From Candidatus Latescibacterota bacterium (GTDB lineage: Bacteria; Krumholzibacteriota; Krumholzibacteriia; WVZY01; JAKEHA01), in assembly GCA_963707635.1 (NCBI GenBank), contig OY970173.1, positions 512,001 to 576,000 of the forward strand: a DNA stretch of 64,000 bases, written 5' to 3'. The notes under the pieces are model-generated. The model had not been told where the DNA came from. It did no database searches and was given only the letters and a program-made list of their open reading frames with translations. Below, piece by piece: positions 1 to 8,664 of this stretch. Every line of letters starts with the position of its first letter. Position 1 is the first letter of the stretch. The position numbers and the translations under genes are program-made.

Positions 1-159
1 GACGATGACGACGAGTGTCCACAGAATGATCGCTCCCGCACTGGGCCCCGTGGCGAGGACTTCCTGAAACCAAAGCCCGAGGGCCGCCCCGGCAAGAATC
101 AGAAGCGGCAACATGAACCACCCGCTGATGGGTTTCAATTCTCTCTCATGCGTGTGCAT
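1..159 (-). CDS. N-terminus of a membrane protein running off the window edge, possibly SPFH/band-7 family
   Basis: Not in the ORF track. Read manually: ATG at 159 with AGGAGG upstream gives MHTHERELKPISGWFMLPLLILAGAALGLWFQEVLATGPSAGAIILWTLVVIV (two hydrophobic segments). The family guess rests on the N-terminal pattern only. Confidence 0.6.
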   Translation of the reverse strand, partial: MHTHERELKPISGWFMLPLLILAGAALGLWFQEVLATGPSAGAIILWTLVVIV

Positions 160-193
160 CGAACCCTCCTTGTCCTCATGCGAGGACATCAGA

Positions 194-222
194 AGTATAT
201 CCATATGATATCAAATTGTCAA
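194..222 (-). promoter_or_regulatory. sigma70 promoter TTGACA-17-TATACT overlapped by three GATATC-like boxes
   Basis: Minus strand reads TTGACA atttgatatcatatgga TATACT. The boxes lie at 206-213, 195-202 and 184-191 (11-bp period). Confidence 0.75.
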
Positions 223-287
223 GGCGCACGGCGTCGCAACAATATAACCAATTCAAATATAGTAGGTTGATAAGCTGGCCCGCGGAG

Positions 288-1130
288 CTAGACCTGCAGA
301 ATATCGAGCCCGGGGGCTTCGGTGAGAATCCCGCGGGCGACTGCCCGGGCATAGAGAGTCTCGAGCGCGCGACGGCCCTCGTCACCCATGTCGACGGTAT
401 CCTGGTTCACGTACATGCGCACGAACGTGCGGCAGGTCTCACGCGCGACCCCACGCCCGAACCCCATCGCGTAGTCGATTGCTTCGTCCTCGTGCGCCCG
501 GGCGTACACGATGCTTTCCTTGAGCGCCCGGGCCACCCCTACCATGGTGGTATCACCCAGGCCGCGACGCACGACGTCCAGCCCGAGTGGAATCGGGAGC
601 CCGGTGTCGTCCGTCCAGGCGGTACCGAGGTCGATCACGCGGCGTAACTCGGTCGACGTCCACGTGAGCTGGCCCTCGTGGATCACGACACCCGCGTCCA
701 CTTCGCCGCTGCCGACCGCGTCCATCACGCGCTCGAAATCCATCATCACGGGAGTGAACGGGACCGGGACATAGAGTCGAAGCAGTACGTAGGCCGTCGT
801 ATCCGCGCCGGGCACCGCAATCCGTTTTCCCACGAGGTCACCCGGAGCGAACGGCGTGCGCGCCAGCACGATCGGTCCGTAACTCCGGCCCACCGACGCG
901 CCGCAGGACATGATGCGATACGAGTGGGAAACGTGCGGATAAACCGCCGCGGAAATGGCGGTGACGTCCAGTTCTCCCCTTTTCGCGCGCTGGTTCAGGG
1001 TTTCGATGTCCTCGAGCACGTGCTGGACGACGTAGCCGTCCACCCGCACGCGCCCGGACGCGAGGCCGTAGAACATGAACGCGTCGTCGGCGTCGGGGCT
1101 GTGTCCGATGGAAAGCGTTTTGAGAGACAT
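288..1130 (-). CDS. mqnD: 1,4-dihydroxy-6-naphthoate synthase (futalosine menaquinone pathway, MqnA/MqnD family)
   Basis: HSPDADDAFMFYGL, DIETLN, GASVGRSYGP, IHEGQL, PIPLG and MYVN motifs are typical of MqnD. Confidence 0.85.
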   Translation of the reverse strand: MSLKTLSIGHSPDADDAFMFYGLASGRVRVDGYVVQHVLEDIETLNQRAKRGELDVTAISAAVYPHVSHSYRIMSCGASVGRSYGPIVLARTPFAPGDLVGKRIAVPGADTTAYVLLRLYVPVPFTPVMMDFERVMDAVGSGEVDAGVVIHEGQLTWTSTELRRVIDLGTAWTDDTGLPIPLGLDVVRRGLGDTTMVGVARALKESIVYARAHEDEAIDYAMGFGRGVARETCRTFVRMYVNQDTVDMGDEGRRALETLYARAVARGILTEAPGLDILQV

Positions 1131-1137
1131 CGATCGG

Positions 1138-1689
1138 CTACTTCGTCAATTGGAACCAGGACGCACCTACCACGCGGCCATCGCCGCCGGCATCATACGC
1201 CATGATTTCCAGCAGATAATCGCCCGGCTGAAATCGACGGCTGAACAACCGCAGCATGAATCGACCTTCCTTGAAATAGGAAAGCGGGATGGTATCGTGA
1301 AAACACACGGCGCCGTCTTCGGCCTGAATGGTGACGTCATAGCGCGCGGCCCCTCGCGGGATATAATCGAGATCGACCCCGACCACGATACTGGCGATCG
1401 ACGACAGGTCGAGGATGGCGTCGAACGTCCTCGCGGGCGCCACCGCTCCGTTGGAGCCGGCTACCCGGACCGGAAGATCCTGGAGCGGGTCGCGTGATTC
1501 GACCACATCGATGGGCGCCCACGCCGCGTAACGCCGGCCGCGGGCAATGCCCACTGCGATCAAGCCGACGAGCAAGACGATCAACGCCGCCGCCGCGATC
1601 CGCGCGTACTTCCGTCCGCCAGGAACGCGGTTTACCAGGTCGCCGATCAGCGGAAACGCCAGCGGACTTTTCGCGCGCGTGCTCGACAT
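1138..1689 (-). CDS. hypothetical membrane-anchored protein
   Basis: 183 aa with one N-terminal TM helix and a beta-rich C-terminus. It ends 7 nt before mqnD. Confidence 0.7.
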   Translation of the reverse strand: MSSTRAKSPLAFPLIGDLVNRVPGGRKYARIAAAALIVLLVGLIAVGIARGRRYAAWAPIDVVESRDPLQDLPVRVAGSNGAVAPARTFDAILDLSSIASIVVGVDLDYIPRGAARYDVTIQAEDGAVCFHDTIPLSYFKEGRFMLRLFSRRFQPGDYLLEIMAYDAGGDGRVVGASWFQLTK

Positions 1690-1723
1690 GCCGCCATGCT
1701 AGCACACGTGATAGGATGGCGCC
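1690..1723. promoter_or_regulatory. bidirectional pair of extended -10 elements for leaderless transcripts
   Basis: Plus strand: TGaTAGGAT-6nt-ATG(1724). Minus strand: TGcTAGCAT-6nt-ATG(1689). Neither side has an SD. Confidence 0.65.
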
Positions 1724-2377
1724 ATGACCCGCGCGGCGACACCTCATGTGATCGCGATCGCCGGCCCGTCCGGATCCGGCAAGTCGTCGCTTGCACGCGA
1801 AATCACCGCGCGGCTCCCCGGCGGCGGGCTCGTCTTCGGGTTGGACTCGTACTACCGCGACCAGCGCGGCGTTTCCGAGGACGCGATCAACGTGGATGTT
1901 CCGGAGGCGCTGGATCATCCGCGCATCGTGACGGACCTGCGCGAACTGGCGGCGGGGCGGCACATTCGCCAGCCCGTATACGACTACGCCACCCACGCGC
2001 GCCTCGCGACCGACCGGGAGGTCGCACCGGCTCCGTTCATCGTGGTCGAAGGCCTGTATGCGCTCTTCTGGCCCGACGTACGCGAGCTCGTTCGCACCGC
2101 GGTCTTCGTGTCGCTCGACCATGACGAGTGCCTGCGGCGTCGCGTGGACCGGGACACGCGCGAACGCGGGCGGAGTGCCGCGGCGGTGACGCGCCTGTAT
2201 GAGCGCAACGTACGGCCGATGTACGACCTGCACGTGCAGCCCACCCATCGTCATGCGGATCTGGTTCTCGACGGCCGGCTCCCCCTGGGAGAATTGACGC
2301 GGCAGGTGATCCTGTTCCTTCTCCCGGAACCGCCGCCGCCGTCAACCGACAATGACGTCGGCCATCAGCAGCGGTAG
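1724..2377 (+). CDS. udk: uridine kinase
   Basis: Walker A GPSGSGKS, DSYYRD, PVYDYATH, VEGLY, RRVDRD..ERGR and HVQPT motifs. Confidence 0.9.
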   Translation: MTRAATPHVIAIAGPSGSGKSSLAREITARLPGGGLVFGLDSYYRDQRGVSEDAINVDVPEALDHPRIVTDLRELAAGRHIRQPVYDYATHARLATDREVAPAPFIVVEGLYALFWPDVRELVRTAVFVSLDHDECLRRRVDRDTRERGRSAAAVTRLYERNVRPMYDLHVQPTHRHADLVLDGRLPLGELTRQVILFLLPEPPPPSTDNDVGHQQR

Positions 2378-2581
2378 CACGACGTACAACACGAGGTCGC
2401 GCACCAGGTAGTAGAGGAAGAAGGCGATGGCCAGCTTCCAACCGTAGGCTCGAAGCAGGCGCCGCACGCGAAACGAGAGGCGTCGCCGGCGGGACCAGCC
2501 CCGGGCGTCCGGGAGCGGCGCCTTCAGGTTGCTCCTGACCCCGGCGAAGTCCAAACGAATCCTCCGCACCGAGTCCGCCAC
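2342..2581 (-). CDS. small hypothetical membrane protein
   Basis: GTG overlaps the upstream TAG stop (TAGTG). The C-terminal YGWKLAIAFFLYYLVRDLVLYVVLP is hydrophobic. The start is uncertain. Confidence 0.55.
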   Translation of the reverse strand: MADSVRRIRLDFAGVRSNLKAPLPDARGWSRRRRLSFRVRRLLRAYGWKLAIAFFLYYLVRDLVLYVVLPLLMADVIVG

Positions 2582-2886
2582 TACTCGGCGAACACTTCGT
2601 ACTTCTCGACCTTGGAAGTGAGCACCAGGTTGCCGCTCGCGTCCTTGAATTCGCCGACGCGCCGGTGTCCCTCGCGGTACTCCTCGCTGCCGGTCCACGC
2701 GTCGAACGCGGCCTGCGACTCCCAGTGCGTCATGACGATGTATTCGTTGCCTTGCTCCGGGCGGAGAATCTCGGCACGTATGAACCCCGGGCGGCGATCG
2801 ACGGCTTTGGCGCGCGTACGAAACGTCATCTCGAACTTGTCTCTGAACTCGGCAGGCACCGTCATGCGATTCATCATCACGAACAC
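2581..2886 (-). CDS. antibiotic biosynthesis monooxygenase (ABM) domain protein, IsdG/HmoA-like heme oxygenase
   Basis: MFVMMNR..., PGF, THWESQAAFDAWTGSEEYREGH match the IsdG-type Asn/Trp/His pattern. GGAGG RBS. Confidence 0.8.
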   Translation of the reverse strand: MFVMMNRMTVPAEFRDKFEMTFRTRAKAVDRRPGFIRAEILRPEQGNEYIVMTHWESQAAFDAWTGSEEYREGHRRVGEFKDASGNLVLTSKVEKYEVFAE

Positions 2887-2990
2887 AAGCGACCTCCTCG
2901 AAAATGCGGGTGGTGATCGCCCCGAGGGCGACCAAGTTAGGACAGGCTAACTAGAATAGCCGAACCGGCGGGGCTGTCAAGGCCCGGCAC

Positions 2991-3021
2991 AAAAAAAGGG
3001 CCCTCCCGGTTGGGAAGACCC
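2991..3021 (-). terminator. rho-independent terminator
   Basis: Minus strand reads GGGTCTTCCC-AACC-GGGAGGGCCC-TTTTTTT. Confidence 0.85.
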
Positions 3022-3429
3022 GTCGTGGTGCGGCGGGGAAATGCGATCGCGGTGTGTTCGCGGGCCGCCGGAATGCGCCCGCGGCGGGTCGTGTCTCTTA
3101 CCTACGCCGAGGGAGTAGACCGAAGAGTCGAACCCAGGCCCGATGGAACGACGGCACGAAATGTTGCCTGGCGATACCGAACGATCAATGGGGGGCTCGC
3201 TTTGCGTAATTTTGCACAGATGTTCGAGCCGCTGATCGATTTCGAGAGCAGCTTCAGGCTGCTGTACCGCCGGCTCCGCTCGCTCTGCAATGACTCTCTC
3301 GATCTATCCGCCGGCGCAGGCATTCTTACGGATCCGGAGGCGAGGGGAGGGACTGATGGTTCGGTCTTCATCGACCCTCGCCGTCCGGATCACATGCGTC
3401 GAGAATCCGTGAAATCCGGATTCATATCG
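2991..3429 (-). ncRNA. candidate ~440-nt structured RNA (alternatively the mRNA of an 89-aa orphan ORF at 3102-3371)
   Basis: Bounded by -10 TAGACT (3436-3441) and the terminator. It has many stems, including a 16-bp helix 3331-3346/3375-3391. The ORF uses codons rare in this window (AGA, TTA, TCA, CGA). Confidence 0.4.
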
Positions 3430-3435
3430 TGCGGA

Positions 3436-3478
3436 AGTCTAGCCGGGTCGTGTGAACGGCCGATGAAGCCCAAATGAA
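3436..3478 (-). promoter_or_regulatory. -10 element with three upstream TTCAY direct repeats at 11-bp period (PhoB/OmpR-type box)
   Basis: Repeats at 3474-3478, 3463-3467 and 3452-3456, then TAGACT about 10 nt further on. There is no canonical -35. Confidence 0.55.
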
Positions 3479-3531
3479 ATGTGAACGGGCGTCGAAGGCG
3501 GAAACCCGGGCCGCGGAGGCCCGCGCGGGGG

Positions 3532-4692
3532 CTACGACTTTGTCGCCTGCCGCGCCCCCCGGCGCATCCGTTCGACGATGGGAGGGATCGTCTCGATGGC
3601 GTAAGCGATTTCCGCCTCGGTCGTGAGGTCGCTAAGCGAGAAGCGCAGGCACGAAGCCGCCTCCTCGGGCGGCAGGCCCATCGCGGCCAGCACGTGCGAG
3701 GGAAGCCCCGCACCCGACTTGCACGCCGACCCGGCGGAAACGCAGATGCCGGCTTCGTCGAGCAGCACCAGCATGGCGTGCCCATCGATACCATGGAAGC
3801 CCATGCTCGACGTGTTCGGAAGGCGCTCACAGTCGATTCCGTTCACGAACGAATCCGTCACGCGCGAGAGAATCTCGCGCTCGAACAGGTCGCGCAGCCG
3901 GCGCACTTCGGTCTGGTAGCGCGCCACCCGCGCGTGGGCGTGCTCGCACGCCACGCCCATGGCGACGATGCCGGCGACGTTTTCGGTGCCGGGGCGGCGG
4001 CTCCGTTCCTGGTTTCCGCCCAGGAACACCGGCGCCCACTTCGTCCCCTTGCGCAGCACCAGCGCACCCACGCCCTTGGGGCCGTGAAACTTGTGCGCCG
4101 AAATTGCGATCACATCCGCGCCCAGCACGCGCAGATCGATCGGCACCTTGCCCACGGCCTGCACGGCGTCCACGTGGAGGGGAATCCCGCGCGAGTGAAC
4201 GATCTCCGCGATCCGATCGATCGGGAAGATGACGCCGGTTTCGTTGTTGGCAAACATCACCGACACCAGTGCGGTGTCGTCGCGGAGGACCGACCGCAGC
4301 TCATCGAGGTTGAGGCGCCCGGACCGGTCGACCCCGAGGAACGTGACCTCGTAGCCGGTCGCGGCAAGCCGTTTGATGGGATTCAAGACCGCGGAGTGCT
4401 CGACCGCCGTGGTGACCACGTGGCGGCGGTCCTTCGCCGCCTCGGCGATGCCGCGAATCGCCAGGTTGTCGGACTCGGTGCCGCAGCTCGTGAACACCAC
4501 TTCCGCTTCGGTGCAGCCGAGAAACGCCGCCACCCGGGCGCGCGCGTCGCGGATGGCCGACGCGGGGCGATCGCCCAGGTGATGGGGGCTGGACGGGTTT
4601 CCGAAGTGTTCGAGGTAGAACGGCCGCATCGCCTCGAAAACTTCCGGGGCGACCGAGGTGGTGGCGTTGTTGTCCAGATAGACCGTATTCAT
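3532..4692 (-). CDS. nifS: cysteine desulfurase (NifS/IscS family)
   Basis: YLDNNATT, GNPSS, FTSCGTESDN, HVDAVQ, SAHKFHGPKG (PLP Lys) and SAGSAC (catalytic Cys). Confidence 0.92.
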   Translation of the reverse strand: MNTVYLDNNATTSVAPEVFEAMRPFYLEHFGNPSSPHHLGDRPASAIRDARARVAAFLGCTEAEVVFTSCGTESDNLAIRGIAEAAKDRRHVVTTAVEHSAVLNPIKRLAATGYEVTFLGVDRSGRLNLDELRSVLRDDTALVSVMFANNETGVIFPIDRIAEIVHSRGIPLHVDAVQAVGKVPIDLRVLGADVIAISAHKFHGPKGVGALVLRKGTKWAPVFLGGNQERSRRPGTENVAGIVAMGVACEHAHARVARYQTEVRRLRDLFEREILSRVTDSFVNGIDCERLPNTSSMGFHGIDGHAMLVLLDEAGICVSAGSACKSGAGLPSHVLAAMGLPPEEAASCLRFSLSDLTTEAEIAYAIETIPPIVERMRRGARQATKS

Positions 4693-4710
4693 GGCAATGG
4701 CTGCGCGCCC

Positions 4711-4739
4711 TTGAGAACGCGGGGCACCAGTGCTATTTT
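4711..4739 (+). promoter_or_regulatory. sigma70 promoter TTGAGA-17-TATTTT, likely leaderless for cobO
   Basis: TG extension is present and the ATG lies 7 nt after the -10. No SD. Confidence 0.55.
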
Positions 4740-4746
4740 AGGTCGC

Positions 4747-5304
4747 ATGAGCAGACAGAGCAAGCCCAAGAAGAACCCGGAAGGGCGGCGCGTCGGCCTG
4801 GTCATCGTCCACACCGGCAACGGCAAGGGCAAGACCACGGCGGCCATCGGAACCGCGTTTCGCGCCTGCGGCGTCGGATTCCGGGTGAAGATGATCCAGT
4901 TCATCAAGGGATCGTGGGACTACGGCGAACTGCACGCCGCGGAGAAGCTCGGGAACTTCGAGATCGTTCCCATGGGCGAAGGGTTCACGTGGGAGACGAA
5001 GGACCGGGAGCGCGACACCCGGGCCGCGTGGAAAACATGGGAGGCGTGCCGGGAGGCGATCGAGAACAATCAGCACGACCTTCTCATTTTCGACGAAATC
5101 AACAACGCCATCGCCTACGGCTACCTGGACATCCAGGTCGTGATCGACGCGCTCAAGCGCAAGCCGCCGGAAATGCACGTCATCCTGACGGGACGCGACG
5201 CGCACCCGGATCTGATCGACGCCGCCGACCTCGTCACCGAAATGCGCGAAATCAAACACCCCTTCCATCGCGACATCTACGCGCAGCGCGGCATTGAGTA
5301 TTGA
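4747..5304 (+). CDS. cobO: cob(I)yrinic acid a,c-diamide adenosyltransferase (CobO/BtuR/CobA)
   Basis: C-terminal part of ORF 3481..5304: HTGNGKGKTTAA, QFIKG, GEGFTW, DEIN, LTGR, ADLVTEM, KHPF and GIEY. Confidence 0.93.
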   Translation: MSRQSKPKKNPEGRRVGLVIVHTGNGKGKTTAAIGTAFRACGVGFRVKMIQFIKGSWDYGELHAAEKLGNFEIVPMGEGFTWETKDRERDTRAAWKTWEACREAIENNQHDLLIFDEINNAIAYGYLDIQVVIDALKRKPPEMHVILTGRDAHPDLIDAADLVTEMREIKHPFHRDIYAQRGIEY

Positions 5305-5365
5305 GAGGGAGACGGGCGATGGCAATTGCCATCGCCCGTCGACGTTGATCGCTGCCAAGCCGAGG

Positions 5366-5542
5366 CTAAAACAGCGCGTAGATGAAGGGAGCCAGCGCCG
5401 ATCCCTGCGTGAATACTATCAAGACGCCGAGCAGCACCAGGAAGATCATGATCGGGCCGAGCCACCATTTCTTGCGAACCTTCATGTAGGCCCACAGTTC
5501 GCCGAAGATGGACATGTGGCCCTTGAACTCCTTCAGACCCAT
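5366..5542 (-). CDS. DUF5989-like small membrane protein (58 aa)
   Basis: Missed by the ORF track. Reads MGLKEFKGHMSIFGELWAYMKVRKKWWLGPIMIFLVLLGVLIVFTQGSALAPFIYALF, with the RKKWWL.P / APFIY.LF signature and an AGGAG RBS. Confidence 0.85.
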   Translation of the reverse strand: MGLKEFKGHMSIFGELWAYMKVRKKWWLGPIMIFLVLLGVLIVFTQGSALAPFIYALF

Positions 5543-5711
5543 GGAATCAGCACTCCTGAAAAACTAGAATGGTTGTCGACGCAAGTAAGCGAAGCGTGCG
5601 TCCACCGGCGGCAGATCGCGCGCCGCAGACGTGATCAATTATAGGCGAATGGGCGTCGCCTTGTCCACAAGGCACCCCGCAGCGCACGCAACCGGGAACA
5701 AGGAGACATCG

Positions 5712-6506
5712 ATGGACCTCGGGATCAACGGACGCGCCGCCGCGGTCGCGGCTTCCAGTCAGGGACTCGGCTTTGCCTGCGCGCTCGAGCTCGCGCGCGA
5801 AGGCGCCGCGGTGGCGATCTGTTCGCGCGACCGCGCGCGCATCGATGCCGCCGCGGACCGTATTCGGACCGCCGTTCCCGGCGCGCGGGTCCACAGCGCC
5901 GTAGCCGATCTGTCCCGCACCGACGAGTGTCGCCGTTTCGTGGACGACGCGGCGGCCGCGTTCGGTCGCCTGGATATTCTCGTCACCAATTCGGGAGGAC
6001 CGACGCCCGGGGCGCTCGCGCAGACCACTCTCGAGGACGTGCGTCGCGGCGTCGATACCACGCTCATGAGCGCCATCGCACTCATCATGGCGGCCGTGCC
6101 GCACCTGCGCCGCGGTGGCTGGGGGCGCATCGTCAACATTCTCTCGATCACGGTCAAACAGCCGCGCGTGGACCTGCTGGTGTCCAACATCATGCGCCCC
6201 GGCATCCTCGGCTTCGCGAAATCGATTTCGCTCGAGCTGGCGGCGGAGGGCATCCTGGTCAACAACGTCGCCCCGAGCTACACGCGCACCGAGCGACTCC
6301 ACGAGCTCGCCGAGCACATTTCGAAAACCCGCGGCCGCCCCATGGAAGACGTGTTTGCGCAATGGGAGCGGAGTATTCCGGCTGGACGTCTCGGGACGCC
6401 GGAGGAACTCGCCGCGGTGGTGACGTTCCTGTGCTCCGAGCGGGCGAGCTATGTGACGGGGACGACGCTTCAGGTCGACGGCGGGTCGGTGCAGAGTCTG
6501 CTGTAG
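5712..6506 (+). CDS. SDR family oxidoreductase
   Basis: AASSQGLG, DILVTNSGGP, GWGRIVNI, NNVAP, GRLGTPEE and VDGG. AAGGAG RBS before ATG 5712. Confidence 0.9.
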   Translation: MDLGINGRAAAVAASSQGLGFACALELAREGAAVAICSRDRARIDAAADRIRTAVPGARVHSAVADLSRTDECRRFVDDAAAAFGRLDILVTNSGGPTPGALAQTTLEDVRRGVDTTLMSAIALIMAAVPHLRRGGWGRIVNILSITVKQPRVDLLVSNIMRPGILGFAKSISLELAAEGILVNNVAPSYTRTERLHELAEHISKTRGRPMEDVFAQWERSIPAGRLGTPEELAAVVTFLCSERASYVTGTTLQVDGGSVQSLL

Positions 6507-6527
6507 AGCACGGGCGGGCCGTGCGAC

Positions 6528-7442
6528 TCAAGACGTCGGACGCGCCTGGTAGGAACCCGAGATGCCGGTCTTGTCTTTCTGCCCCTGCAGCTTGCGAATG
6601 GTGGCGCGCATCCATTCCGCCTGTTCGGTGTGGCGAATCGCGGCTCCGACGTTTTCCGCGAACGCCTGCAGCGCGCGCAGGTCGTCGTCGTCCAGATGAA
6701 CATCGGACGAACGCGTGCTCACGTTGATCACGCCCACCAGCTCGTCGCGGAGAATGATGGGCACGACCATCGCCGAGGAGAGGTCCTTCTTCTTCAGTTC
6801 GAGTCCCGCCGGCGCGTTCTCGCCCCCCGGGCGCAGGAACAGCGGCTCGCGCTTCTGCGCCACCCAGCCCGCCACACCGCTGCCCACGGGCTGTCGCGTG
6901 CCCAGCATCCCATCCGGCACCAGTTTGCCGGCGACCGCGCGGACTTCCAGCGCGCCGCTCTCCACGTCGTGGAGCATCAGCGACGCCTGGTCGCAGTTGA
7001 AGACTTCGATGCACATCTTCACGATCGATTCGAAAACCGTCTGCAGGTCGCTCTGCGAAACCATCATGCGTCCGACGTTCAAGAGCGCGTACAGGCGCGA
7101 CGTGTGACGCTGGGCCCGGTCGCGCTCCATGCGCTGGTGTGATTCGAACTGCCTGCGGAGCGCCTTCAGGTAGCGCTGCTGGTGGGCGAGCCCGGCGAGG
7201 AGCAGCAGCGTCAGCGACAGGCCCACGATGACCATCATCTGCGGCTTCGAGAAGATCCAGAACGAGGCGAGCCGGTCGCTGAGAATCGGCGGGAGCACCG
7301 ACGCCGAGCTCAGCAGGGTGAGCAGGGTGACGGCGACGATGAGAGCCCAGCTGATGTACTCGCTGCGATGGACCTTGGTCAACGCGCCGGACTTGCCGCG
7401 CGTCTGGGGTCGTACCATCGCTCTATTTCGCGTAGCTGCCAT
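6528..7442 (-). CDS. two-TM membrane protein with coiled coil and GAF domain, no output domain
   Basis: TM segments, then GAF motifs (GSGVAGWVAQKREPL, SAMVVPI..RDELVGVINV, DDDLRALQAFA). The protein ends shortly after the GAF domain. Confidence 0.85.
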   Translation of the reverse strand: MAATRNRAMVRPQTRGKSGALTKVHRSEYISWALIVAVTLLTLLSSASVLPPILSDRLASFWIFSKPQMMVIVGLSLTLLLLAGLAHQQRYLKALRRQFESHQRMERDRAQRHTSRLYALLNVGRMMVSQSDLQTVFESIVKMCIEVFNCDQASLMLHDVESGALEVRAVAGKLVPDGMLGTRQPVGSGVAGWVAQKREPLFLRPGGENAPAGLELKKKDLSSAMVVPIILRDELVGVINVSTRSSDVHLDDDDLRALQAFAENVGAAIRHTEQAEWMRATIRKLQGQKDKTGISGSYQARPTS

Positions 7443-7508
7443 GGGTTGCCTCTTCAGCCGATCTCAACATGTTGAAACCTGATGCGGAGATTATTCGATG
7501 GAGCGACG

Positions 7509-7523
7509 GCAAGTAGCGTGCCA
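7509..7523 (-). promoter_or_regulatory. sigma54 (-24/-12) promoter for the GAF gene
   Basis: Minus strand TGGCACGctacTTGC matches the consensus. Three GGTTGC repeats upstream (7560, 7575, 7595) may be activator sites. Confidence 0.75.
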
Positions 7524-7652
7524 TCAGGCCCTTGGCTTCTGGCGGGGAGTTGGGAGGCCGGTTGCGGGGCGGAAGGTTGCAAATGGGCACGGCCGGTTGC
7601 AATCAGCGACGGTGGCGCCCCGATCCCCACCGGCGCGGGCGGAGGAGCCGGA

Positions 7653-8657
7653 TCAGCTGCCCGGTCGGTACGTCCCCTCCAGCATCGCGCGAAAATCGCG
7701 CAGCGAGGTCCGCGCCGTGACCGCATAGCGAGGGATCTCGAAGCGTCCGGCGTCACCCCCCGGTCCGGCAGCGAACGGTACGTTCGTGCCCGCGCGCAGC
7801 GCGCACGTCCGGCGGAAGCCGGCCTGCGCCGCGACCCGGTCGAGCGCCGGATTGGCGAAGCCGTACGGCCACGCGAGGTACGACGGCGCGCGGCCGATGT
7901 TGAGCTGGATCGCCAGCCGCGACCGCGCTAGGTCGTCGAGCACCGCAGTGCTCCAGCTCTCGCGCCCGTCGATGCGGTACGCGCGTTCGCTGGCGGCGAT
8001 GAACACCGGCAGGACGTCGCGCTGGTGGTTGACCTTGTAGTGCAGATCGTCGGTGTGCGATTCGATGTCGAACACGCCGCTGCGCTGCATGGCGCGCAGG
8101 CGATCCCAATCCAGGCAGGTCACGTCACCCCAGCGCGTGCCGACGCGGGAAGTCACGAGGAACAGCGTTGCCCGCAGGCCGAGGCGCTGGAGGATCGGGA
8201 ATGCCTCGTCATACGCGCTGACGTCGCCGTCGTCGAACGTGATCACCACCGGCCGGGGTGGCAGCTTGCGCCGGCCGAGCTGCCACTCGGTGACGTCGTC
8301 GAGGGTCACGGCCTGATAGCCGCGCGCCTGCAGGTACTCCATCTGCCGTTCGAACCCTCCCACGCCCACGTTCCACAATTGCGAGTCGCCCAGGAGCGGC
8401 AGGCTGAGCACGACATACCCGAAGACGCGGGCGAAGTGAAGGGGCCCGCCGGGGCTGCGCAGATAGTGGTAGCAGAGCACGGGGACGCGCGCGGTGGAAT
8501 CGGCGGGCAGCGCGAGCGAGGTGTCGGACGCGGCGCGTTCTCTCACGCGCTCGCCGGCCCCGGTGCCCAAGGTCACCATCGTGCCGATGCCGAGCACCAT
8601 CAGCAGGCCCGCGATCGCGGCCACCGTCAGCGCAATTACCATCTCGCGTCGTCGCAT
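7653..8657 (-). CDS. polysaccharide deacetylase (CE4; PgaB/IcaB-like)
   Basis: VPVLCYH, VVITFDDG, ATLFLVT, IESHTDDLH, LAWPYG and IPRY motifs with an N-terminal membrane anchor. Confidence 0.88.
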   Translation of the reverse strand: MRRREMVIALTVAAIAGLLMVLGIGTMVTLGTGAGERVRERAASDTSLALPADSTARVPVLCYHYLRSPGGPLHFARVFGYVVLSLPLLGDSQLWNVGVGGFERQMEYLQARGYQAVTLDDVTEWQLGRRKLPPRPVVITFDDGDVSAYDEAFPILQRLGLRATLFLVTSRVGTRWGDVTCLDWDRLRAMQRSGVFDIESHTDDLHYKVNHQRDVLPVFIAASERAYRIDGRESWSTAVLDDLARSRLAIQLNIGRAPSYLAWPYGFANPALDRVAAQAGFRRTCALRAGTNVPFAAGPGGDAGRFEIPRYAVTARTSLRDFRAMLEGTYRPGS

Positions 8658-8664
8658 ACGACAC

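Noticed and set aside
3481..4746. N-terminal 422 aa of the 607-aa plus-strand ORF as a CobO fusion
   Set aside because: It is the antisense shadow of the cysteine desulfurase. CobO starts at 4747 behind its own promoter.
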